A stretch of 32,000 nucleotides of DNA from assembly GCA_046350815.1 (NCBI GenBank), contig JAXLZO010000001.1, positions 180,001 to 212,000 on the forward strand. The letters are read 5' to 3'. Below, in pieces: positions 10,906 to 21,818 of the stretch. The notes below the pieces were generated by a model, which had not been told where the DNA came from, ran no database searches, and saw only the letters and a program-made list of their open reading frames with translations. The DNA is from Candidatus Saccharimonadota bacterium (GTDB lineage Bacteria > Patescibacteriota > Gracilibacteria > BD1-5 > UBA2023). The translations under genes were made by a program, and so were the position numbers. Each line of letters starts with the position of its first letter. Position 1 is the stretch's first letter.

Positions 10906-12978
10906 TTAAGCGTGTATTTTCTTGAGGAGATCTTTGACTGTCATGGTCTGAAGATCATTCTCGGTAAGGTTGTTTTTCTGAAGCCAACTATTGAGCTTAT
11001 CCATTGGGATACTTGATTTATTCGCTCGCATATCAATCAAACTTCCATTCAATACTGAGGGGACTGAATCTTCTCAGAGAATTACATGACGCAACATCGA
11101 TTTGAGAAGTGCTGAGTCAATATTAGCTGGGGTAGCCGCATAGAGGCTTGCCTCATTAGACCAGAGAGACTTGGACGGATCTCCGAGAAGTAGATCTTTT
11201 GCACGAAGGGTCGAGAGAAGAGCATCGCTCTTAAGATAATTCAAGTGTCCTTGATAACTATCAACGAGCGTTTTTCCATTTTGTGTTAAAAGTACATTTT
11301 TACCTGCAATCTTTTTATCAATCGTTGTCTGATCAATATTAGACGCGCTAAAACGACTCTCAAACCACTGCTGTAATTTATCTCACGTTGCTTCTTGTAA
11401 GGCTTGTGCGGCACCCTCCACTTTTGTGGCAACTTTCTTGGCAGCATCTCATAAACCACTCAAATTGTCACCAATTTTCTCCCAATTATTGATAGCTCAT
11501 AAGCCCAATACAGCAGTTAAGCCCCGTAAAAAACTGAACTTTCCCTCTGCTCATAAATGAAACATCTTGTAGATGGCATAAAAGAGAAATCAACCAATAC
11601 CAAGCATAGCAATGGGATCACCTTTACCAAGACGCATAATATCGCTAAATCATTGAGTAAAACCCTTCCCAGCGAGCGACAAAGAGGATGTAATTTTTCA
11701 TCAGGTTACACCATCTTGTGCAATGGATCAAGTAATGGTTGTATTTGTTTCCTTTGATCACTCTGACGAATGATGTTGAGTACTTGTATTTACATGAGCA
11801 CCGACCGAAGCAAGGAGTCCGGGATTTTTTTCAACAAATGCGCTTACCTGACCAAGATCTTGAAATCCCTTCATAGCTTGATTGAAATTAACTGACTCAA
11901 GCATGCCTGCTGAAGCAAGTAGTGAGGTAATATCAGGAGAATTCTGACCTGCCTTCTTCAGATCAGCTACATGTTCAAGAAAGGTTTTGCTACTCGCCTT
12001 TGGATCAATACCCACAATATTCCCTTGAGCATCTTTTGTGACACCGAGTTCCGTGGCATATTTCTTAAATATAGGTGAACTGTAGAGTAGTCCAGTTTTG
12101 AGTGTATCGATCGAGAGACGTCCGGTATTGACAAGTGTTTGTAATTTTGTCTGAAGCTCTACCACACTCACACCCGGTTTTGGCTGAATCTCCACTTTTC
12201 CATCTCGTATAGTGAGATTGTGTCCAGCTTGACGCAACATATTGAGAATGATAGCACCATGAACACCCTGAAGAGTTGCTTTTGTCTGAGCATCAGGCAC
12301 CAGATTAATAAATTTCTCACTGAGAGTCACTGCTTTATCAAGCGTCTCTGGATTGATTTCTTTGAGGGTTTCCTCGATTTCTTTGACACTTGTATCTTCT
12401 GAAGAAGTGATTCCAGAATTTCCCTTCGTTCCATCGGTAGATCAAATAGCAATCGTCCTTAAATACCCCTTCCCCCTCTCTGCTGAAGCTAAAAACTCAG
12501 GGTTTGAAAGTAAGTCTCCATGCTCTATGGGACGACCGTAATCCACAACTACATTTCCAGCCGCATCCGTACCAGTAAATGTTGTAGTAGGTACAGGAAT
12601 ATTAATTCATCCAGCGGTCTTTGGTTCCCCAACTGAGGCAGTCCGCACGTGTCTTGATTGATATGAACGTGTGAACTCAAAAGCAACATCTGTTGCATCT
12701 TTGACTTCAGGTTTTTGGTTATGTTGAAGAAGTATCAGGTATGCTTTTATATCTTCAATACTATCCTCCAATTCGGGATGCTCTCATTTCAATGAATCCA
12801 ACTGAGCAAATACTGTCTTCATTTTTGATGCGAGATTCCTTGATTCAACATCATTTTTAAGTTGGGCAAGGTTTTGACTTGTAAGACTTCACTGGAGCTC
12901 ACGGAGGGCTTGTACCGTATCTGGTGGAAGAGTAATCGATGATACTTCCTTATCTTTTGGTTTTTCAATTGGTGCCAT
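10906..12978 (-). CDS. Giant orphan protein A, 690 aa, with a central two-helix hydrophobic hairpin
   Basis: ATG at 12976-12978 and TAA at 10906-10908. Every codon was checked and only TGA interrupts the frame; track ORF 11758..12330 is an internal piece. The hairpin is DPIAMLGIG-G-FLFYAIYKMFHL-G-AEGKFSFLRGLTAVLGL-G-AINNW (about 11476-11620). There is no signal peptide. Confidence 0.75.
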
Positions 12979-13131
12979 AGGAAAAATATAATATACAACG
13001 ATATACTCTCATATTTTTCTCATTCACACAAATATTTGCGCTTCAGTTCGCTTGACAGATCAGAGATATAAAGTAATTGCAAGAGTTATCATTTGACAAA
13101 AGCAATGTGAATGAGAGAATGAGGAAAAATT

Positions 13132-13980
13132 ATGAAAATTTCTGCTCCAGTTATTACTATTCTTGTCGGGGTGCTCTGCATAGGTAGTCCACTCTACGCA
13201 ACCGATCCAACGCTCCCTGAAGCAATCGATAATCTCCAATGAGTTGATACCAGTGGGCTGCCAGGAACAACGCTCGTGGAAAAACGAGGACTTATTAGTT
13301 ATATTCTCACTCGACTCTTCTGGTCTCCGAGTGATAGCGGATATACGAGCGATAAATTCGGGCGCATCAAGAGTGAATATCTCGATGTCGGATCAAATAT
13401 TACGATTGGAAGTGTTCCAATGATTAGCAACAGTGGATCACTCACCGGATCAATCATCAGTGTTATCACAAATACTGTTTCACTCAATGGTGATCTTTCA
13501 CTTTCATGAAGCCTCTCAATCACTGGAAGTATCACACCAACAAGCAACGATACCTATGATCTCGGTGACAATTCTCTTCGCTGGAGAGATATCTATGTAC
13601 AACGAAACGCATTCAATGGTTCAGATCGCAGACTCAAGCATGATATTGAGACACTTTCAGGCTCCACTGATATCATACGTCAACTTCGGCCTGTACAATT
13701 TCGATGGAATAATTCTACTCCCTTCGATCCGCAATGATATGGATTCATAGCACAGGAAGTAGAGAGTATACTTCCCGATCTCGTAAAAACATCAAACGAT
13801 ATAATATTTACCAAGCTTCTCAACTACAATGAATTCATACCATTTATTGTTGCCTCGATGCAAGATGTACTACGTCAACTTGAAAATATTATAGCAAAAC
13901 AAGATGAAATCATTCATCGTCAAGAAGAAATTGAGAAACGACTTGATCGACTTGAAAATTCCCTATCATTACAAAAATAA
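13132..13980 (+). CDS. Secreted tail-fibre-like protein with a C-terminal peptidase S74 / intramolecular chaperone autoprocessing domain, 282 aa
   Basis: A GAGG sequence lies 8 nt upstream of the ATG. The signal peptide is MKISAPVITILVGVLCIGSPLYA. The fibre-like motif is YDLGDNSLRWRDIYV. The S74 hallmark follows: NG-SDRRLKHDIETL...IRQLRPVQFRW...-G-YGFIAQEVESILPDLV...LNYNEFIPFIVASMQDVLRQLE, then a coiled-coil tail. It ends in TAA at 13978-13980. Confidence 0.85.
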
Positions 13981-13989
13981 CTTTTTTCT

Positions 13990-14742
13990 ATGAAAAACTC
14001 TCTTGTGCGAATTATTATCAGTCTTATGACTCTCGGACTCCTTGCTAGCTGTACTGCAAAGCCTACCAATACTACCACACCAACTGGAAGTCCAGCAAAT
14101 GAAGCTTTTTCAGGTGTATCTCCAAAAATCCAATCTCTTGAAAAATTTCAATCATGTGTAAAAACAAGTGTGAAGACATGTGGGGAAGAAAGTGCTAAAA
14201 TCCAAGCAAGAGATGCAAATGATCTCTCTTGGTGCAACCTCATTGCTGATGAAAAAGCAAAACAATCATGTCAAACGAGCGTTATCTATAGTCATGCGAT
14301 CACTGCACAAGATGAAAATATTTGTAAGGATCTCGCTGATGATACAATGAAAAGTATGTGCCGATCACAAATCGTCTCAGCAAAAGCAACAAAAGCACAA
14401 GACATAACCCTCTGTGATACGCTCACGACAACCTCAGCATCCGGAGTGGTTGCAGGAGTAATGACTGGTGCAAATATAACAGCAACGGGTAGTAATTCGC
14501 ATGATAACAACGATAGAAATAGTGAGATGTGTCGCATGCGCGTTATTCAATCAATAAATGCTATTCATCCAAATGACAAGGCATGTGAGAAAATGAAAAC
14601 AGAAGAAGGGAAAACCAATTGTCAGAACTTCATGAAAACAATGAAAGAACGAGAAAAGGAGATGAATCAAGATATGCCACCAATGCCACCAATTCCTCCA
14701 ACTCTACCACTACCACTATCAGTCCCAACTCCAAAAAATTAA
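13990..14742 (+). CDS. Cys-repeat lipoprotein with a Pro-rich C-terminal tail, 250 aa
   Basis: The lipobox is LGLLAS-C. Cys-containing modules recur (D...C..L.D....K..C). The tail is PPMPPIPPTLPLPLSVPTP. The gene begins 9 nt after the S74 gene and has no TGA in frame. Confidence 0.8.
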   Translation: MKNSLVRIIISLMTLGLLASCTAKPTNTTTPTGSPANEAFSGVSPKIQSLEKFQSCVKTSVKTCGEESAKIQARDANDLSWCNLIADEKAKQSCQTSVIYSHAITAQDENICKDLADDTMKSMCRSQIVSAKATKAQDITLCDTLTTTSASGVVAGVMTGANITATGSNSHDNNDRNSEMCRMRVIQSINAIHPNDKACEKMKTEEGKTNCQNFMKTMKEREKEMNQDMPPMPPIPPTLPLPLSVPTPKN

Positions 14743-14743
14743 T

Positions 14744-14771
14744 AAAATCTCCATAACGGAGATTTTATTTT
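14744..14771. terminator. Rho-independent terminator, usable from both strands
   Basis: aaaatctcc-ataac-ggagatttt plus atttt. An A-run lies upstream, so the minus-strand transcript also ends in a U-rich tract. Confidence 0.75.
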
Positions 14772-14930
14772 GTGGTCTATGGATGTGTTATCCTATATTT
14801 GAAGTAACTGTCATTCCCGCGAAAGCAGGCAAGCCTCAGCAGCCCAAGTGAGTTCTTCCTCGTTGAGGGGGCTAGGGGGAGCTGTAGTATATTCATTTTT
14901 AAAAGAGCACTCATCCAACAACTCGAATAT

Positions 14931-17030
<2,100 letters not shown>

Positions 17031-17033
17031 AAA

Positions 17034-17057
17034 AATGCAGGAAAATTTTCCTGCATT
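17034..17057 (-). terminator. Hairpin plus U-tract directly abutting the ligA start codon
   Basis: The perfect palindrome aatgcaggaaaa / ttttcctgcatt is followed on the minus strand by ttt and then immediately by the ATG of ligA (17028-17030). It lies 31 nt after the TAA of the upstream surface-protein gene. Confidence 0.55.
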
Positions 17058-17087
17058 GTATTGAGTTTCACGTGTTGGTCGAGAGGA

Positions 17088-18776
17088 TTATGCTTGTTCT
17101 TGTCTGCGAACATACCAGTATCCACCGATAAGTGCAATCAGAAGCATTGCGGCCATAAGTCCTGGACCTGTTTGCACCTTTGTTGCCATACCAACATTTG
17201 GAGAAAGAGTTTTCCCATCACTACAAATAGCCTTGATGGCAAAATCTTCATATTTAATAGCACCGGATGCTATATAGATCTTATACATTGGCTCTTTTGT
17301 GTCAGCAACAAATTCGAGTTCCCCACTTCATGTCCTCTTATATACCTTGTATCCTTTGGAATTTTCAACACTCTTCCAGCTAATAATAGATACTCATTTT
17401 TCGCTTACTACTTTGATATCACCAACATCCCCCACCACACACGCCTGAGGGCCTGCAGCATTGAGTGTCATCGCAACTTCTTGCACATTAGACATGAGAC
17501 TAGAGATTTCAGCTCCCTCTTTATCAAGACCAGATACTTTTACAAAATAGGTTGCTGGGGTGATACCATCGATATACCAAGTATAGAGCCCACCGGATCC
17601 TATCTTCGATCGATCATAGGTAATACGCTCATTCGTGAGTGCATCCTTGCCTGTTCCATAGAGAATCTTGAATTTTGAGAGTTCTGCGGGAGGATTCGTC
17701 ACATTAAATTGAAAATTGAGTTTTGATCCTTGTTGTTCGATCTTGATATTCTCGAATTTTGTCTCTATTTTTGGTAATGTACAACCAATACAACCAGGAA
17801 TACCATCTTTAACTGATAAAGTTGCCGCTTTTGCAATCGTATTTGATTTACCAAGATCACTCTTTATGGTCACAGCTATATCATAACTTCCTGTTGCGGA
17901 TGGAGCAACGAGTTTACCTTCATAGAATCATTCTTTTGTCTCCTTAAAATTCTCTACGAAGTCACCAAGCATCACTCGGACCTCTGAAAGCTTTGGTTGT
18001 GCCTCAAACGAAACTTTCAATAGTCATTTTGGCCATATAGTTAAACCACCTTCAACATTAAAATTCTTGATCAACCCAACATCCTCTCACTTCTTCACAA
18101 CAATTTTCTGACTCTCACCAATAACCTTATCATTACCATCAAGAACTTTTACCTGAAGAACATTTTCAGATTGAGTAATATTTTTGAGAGATGCTATAAA
18201 TTGCCCCTGTTCATCACTTGTAACAGTTGTTAGAAGTGCACTACTGAGCCATATCTGTACTTTTGAATTCTTTTTTGTCGCACCAACAACCTCAATGGAA
18301 TCAGAAGAAAGTATCGTTCCACTCTCTGGAGAGATAATTGATACCTTTTCCGAAAGCGTTGATGAATTCTTTGGGGTTCACGAGCTGGGAGCAACATCTA
18401 TAATATAGGTTCCGTTGAGAGAGGTATTCACGAGATCACCAATATTCACCAACATTTTCCCTTCTTTTGTAAAAGACAATCCCTTCGAAAAAGTTTTTTT
18501 ACCAGCATCACCACTGGTAAATGTATATCCATCCTGTCCATATGGCACCGTAGCTTTCGAATCTTTATCCACGAAAATGAAGATGCTACCATCATAATTC
18601 TTATCGATGGAACCATCTTTTGCTACTGCTTTAACCGTAATATCAATCGCTTCTCCTACAGTGGTAGTCTTGACCGCTTCAATTTCAAAATGATCAGCAC
18701 TATCTGCAAAAGCAAATGGCGTAAATGGAGTACTCACAAGGGAAATGAGACTCAAGAGGGCAAGTATTCTTTTCAT
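17088..18776 (-). CDS. Cell-surface protein with Ig/FN3-like domains, an N-terminal signal peptide and a C-terminal anchor, 562 aa
   Basis: The signal is MKRILALLSLISLVSTPFTPFAFA. Track ORFs 18378..18776, 17394..17873 and 17088..17288 are in one frame and are joined only by TGA (all gaps checked). An FN3-like stretch reads VSIISWKSVENSKGYKVYKRT. The C-terminus is KVQTGPG-LMAAMLLIALIGGYWYV-RRQEQA. Confidence 0.8.
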
Positions 18777-18860
18777 AAAAACAAGAGATTTTATAGGGAT
18801 TGTATTCTCGAGAGAGAAAAAGAAAAATAGGATTTCAAAAAAACGATTGACGATGAGTTA

Positions 18861-19940
18861 TTATGCATTCATATAAATGATATTCCCATCATGAAGTAAT
18901 TTTTCAGGAACAAGAAATTCATGTTGTGTCGTAAAAAAGGTGAAATATGACTCATAAAGCGATGTGAGTGTCGCAATATGCTCCTTATCAAGTTCAGCAA
19001 AAATATCATCAAAGAGGAGAATAATCTTCTTGTCCGGACGGCTTGCAGCAATATAGCGAATTTGTTCAGATTTAAGAGCAAGAAGTAGTGTTTTGTTCTC
19101 TCATCGGGACAAATAATCACTACTTTGAATCTCTCCATGATGGGAATGAACAACAAATCAAAAATCATCGTGCTGTGGTCCAATACTTGTATGTCCGCTC
19201 GCAATATCATGTATTCGCTCTTTTCTCAGTGCCTTGAGAAAAGTTTGGGTATTATCGTGTGCATCTAGATCACCCGAATGATGCCAACTAACATAATGAG
19301 TCTTTCCAAGTAACAATTGAAGGTATTCACTCGAGAGGGAAATATGTTCAAAAAAACGATCCCGAAGCATTTTGAGATCCCATGCAGCATCAACGTAGAT
19401 TTGATCCCAATCATCGAGGAGATCTTCCGATTGGCCTTTATCTCGTATTTTTTTGAGAAGGGTATTGCGAGATTTGAGTGCAGTCTCAAATTTTTTTATC
19501 ACCTGAGCTGCACTCTGATGCGATATGAGAAGTGTTTGGTCAATAAAATTTCGACGCAAACTTGGTGAGAGGTAGAGAATATTCATCTCAAGCGGTGTAA
19601 AAAACACACTTCTATATTTTTGTTCTTCAAGATATTTTGCTCGAGAGAGTTTGTGTCATTGGAGATAGTATGTGGCATTCGCCTGATAAGAAATTTCATA
19701 TACACGAGGTATGATCATACTAGCATCTCTCATTTGGATATGAAATATATCACCTCATTCCGGAACAAAATCCCCAAACGAACGCTCTTTTGGCGGAAGA
19801 GCATTTGTCAGGAGAAATATTGCTTCTAGTAATTTGCTTTTGCCAGATCCATTGGGACCTATCAGAATATTGCTCTTTGGAGAGCAGGAAAATAGTTCTG
19901 ATGATCTATGAGCAAAAGGAGACAGATGAATATCAAACAC
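18861..19940 (-). CDS. recF: DNA replication and repair protein RecF, 359 aa
   Basis: Walker A is GPNGSGKS. The signature LSR-G-ENKTLLLALK has TGA at 19101-19103. Walker B is LLFDDIFAELD. A GTG start at 19938-19940 lies 3 nt after the gatC stop. TAA is at 18861-18863. Confidence 0.9.
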
Positions 19941-19943
19941 GCG

Positions 19944-20228
19944 CTAGATGATCGCAGGTAAAGCAATTTGGTGAGCAATAACTCGTTGTGGCGATACAGA
20001 CAGAAGTATATCTCATTTGGACCGATCCGGAGCTGATGGGATATCATTTCTCATCAAAAGTGGTGATTTAACAGTCGAGAGATCCACACTACTCGTATCA
20101 ACTGATGATAATTCCTGCATATAATCAAGCATATCATTAAGACTCTTGAGATACGGTGTTGGATCAATTACACTGCTGTTAAGAGCAGAGAGACGAAAGA
20201 GGGTTTCGATTCTTTCTTGAGTAAGCAT
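19944..20228 (-). CDS. gatC: Asp/Glu-tRNA amidotransferase subunit C, 94 aa
   Basis: The size and the pattern MLTQERIETLFRLSALN...LNDMLDYMQELSSVDTSSVD...LMRNDIP are typical of GatC. One TGA at 20013-20015 is read through. TAG is at 19944-19946. Confidence 0.8.
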
Positions 20229-20280
20229 AATTTTTATTTATAATCTCCATCATTATAGGATTTATTCTCTCAAATCAAGA

Positions 20281-20703
20281 ATGGCTTTTCAAGAATGACT
20301 CCCGCCCCCAACTCCAACAGTTACAAATCAAGGAGAATCACCAATTCTTCAAAAACTCACACCACCACCTCTGCATGAAGCAGTATTAGCTGGAGGTATC
20401 TATGTAAAGATTGACCGTACACTTGATGTTATTCGTCTTCTTTTTAGTATCATTGCACTTCTCTACTTTGGGACACGAATGATGGTGCTATCGGGAATCA
20501 TGAGTCAAGAGTGGGCAAAATACAGTCTCTATTTGGAGCCCGGACTCTTTCTTCTGGTCTGCCTCTATCTTGGTCAGTGGGTAGCAAAACTTGCAGTAAG
20601 TGCCTCTCTTCGATTCGCATCCATACGATTTGTAACTCTTTGAATATCAGCTCTCCTTACTCTGGCATATACACTCTATTGGAGTCATGTTCTTTCATTC
20701 TAA
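20281..20703 (+). CDS. Small integral membrane protein, 140 aa, hypothetical
   Basis: ATG at 20281 and TAA at 20701-20703. There are two in-frame TGA and three hydrophobic segments (IRLLFSIIALLYFG, GLFLLVCLYLGQWVA, ISALLTLAYTLYW). Confidence 0.55.
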
Positions 20704-20723
20704 TTTCATTTTCTTTGTTTGAT

Positions 20724-21311
20724 ATGTTTCTCTCTCATAAATGGCATCATATTTGTATCTTTGCCTGACTCCTCATTGGATTAACGGGTTGTGGATCAAG
20801 TAATAATAATGCGCTTTCCCAAGATACATGAGCAGCTACGAAAACTTTTGCCCCACTCGAAATTCAAGTACCATCGGCTTGGTCATGAGTGGATCTTAAT
20901 ATGAATCCCCCACCAAGACAATGAGAGCTCATTGCAACCTTTGTTGCTGATAAATCATATGCAGGATTTAAAGAAAATTTCACCATCCTGAAAGAAACAT
21001 ATCATACAAGCGGAAGTGGTCAAACCCTTCCGACACAAGCTAGTTATCTTGCTCGATCTGTTGAAAGTGCAAAGTCAAGCTACCTGAGTCACATGCTCAT
21101 AGCGGATAAAAAAACTGTCTTTGCTGATGATACGGAATGAATTACAAGTATATTTGATGCTCAATACAGTGATCAATTACCAAAAAGACGTTTTGTGCAG
21201 ACAGCGAAAATCTGTGGGGACAACATTTATTTACTCACCTATGCACTTTCGCTCAATAGCAATACAGATGAAGCGTTCACACTCCTCAAAACAGCAAAGT
21301 GCATTAAGTAG
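20724..21311 (+). CDS. Lipoprotein, 195 aa, hypothetical
   Basis: The lipobox is LLIGLTG-C-GSS. The frame was checked line by line, with 5 TGA read as Gly. TAG is at 21309-21311. Confidence 0.7.
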
Positions 21312-21442
21312 AAATACTTAAGAAGAATGTCAAGAAAAAGAAAATTGATTTCCGAAAAAAATACATATCCTGCAAATCCATTCGCTCCTGAATCCGTATC
21401 ACCCCGATACCTGACAGTAGCGACTGTGAATAAGGAGCAAAT

Positions 21443-21772
21443 ATGAAGGCTTTGTTTATTATAGGATTATTCATCATTAATGATGCTTTTGCTGATTTCA
21501 TCCTCGAAGCAAAATGCTTCGAGGATGAACACACTGGTATCATTCTCACCTATAATGAAGAAGGGAAACCTCTGGTGGTCAAAAAATGTGCAAACCCACA
21601 AATTGCCGAACTCTTTTACTGGAGAATTCGGCAAACTATTCCCACAAAGAATGGTGATAAATGGATTGCAAAATGCTTCGTGAGCGCCAACTCACCAATG
21701 GAAAGTACGAATACACCAAGTATTCCATGCAGTCAAGCCAGAAAAATCGTTGATCTCTACAACAGAGATTAG
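21443..21772 (+). CDS. Small secreted Cys-containing protein, 109 aa
   Basis: AAGGAG lies 6 nt upstream of the ATG. The signal peptide is MKALFIIGLFIINDAFA. The ORF is intact and ends in TAG. A terminator follows. Confidence 0.65.
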   Translation: MKALFIIGLFIINDAFADFILEAKCFEDEHTGIILTYNEEGKPLVVKKCANPQIAELFYWRIRQTIPTKNGDKWIAKCFVSANSPMESTNTPSIPCSQARKIVDLYNRD

Positions 21773-21790
21773 TGAAAATTTCTTAAAATA

Positions 21791-21818
21791 AAACACCAAC
21801 CGTTCGGTTGGTGTTTTT
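21791..21818. terminator. Bidirectional rho-independent terminator between convergent genes
   Basis: aaacaccaacc-gttc-ggttggtgttt is flanked by A-runs on the left and T-runs on the right. The alaS stop codon (21817-21819) sits at its edge. Confidence 0.8.

Noticed and set aside
13052-13098. Two TTGACA hexamers (13052-13057 and 13093-13098) as -35 boxes for the S74 gene.
   Set aside because: No acceptable -10 hexamer lies at 16-18 nt spacing that would leave the GAGG ribosome-binding site inside the transcript. They are not reported as promoters.
5925-13980. Prophage remnant, with the giant helical proteins as tape-measure proteins and the S74 protein as a tail fibre.
   Set aside because: No capsid, portal, terminase, baseplate, lysin or integrase genes are present, and there are no att-like repeats. 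Housekeeping genes flank the region directly. The fibre protein has a Sec signal peptide, and there are three giant genes in a row rather than one. Distant ancestry from phage parts remains possible.
21326-21463. A 45-codon ORF (MSRKRKLISEKNTYPANPF..) in the 21312-21442 spacer.
   Set aside because: It has no SD and no motif. It overlaps the SD and start of the following secreted-protein gene. The spacer more likely holds that gene's promoter.
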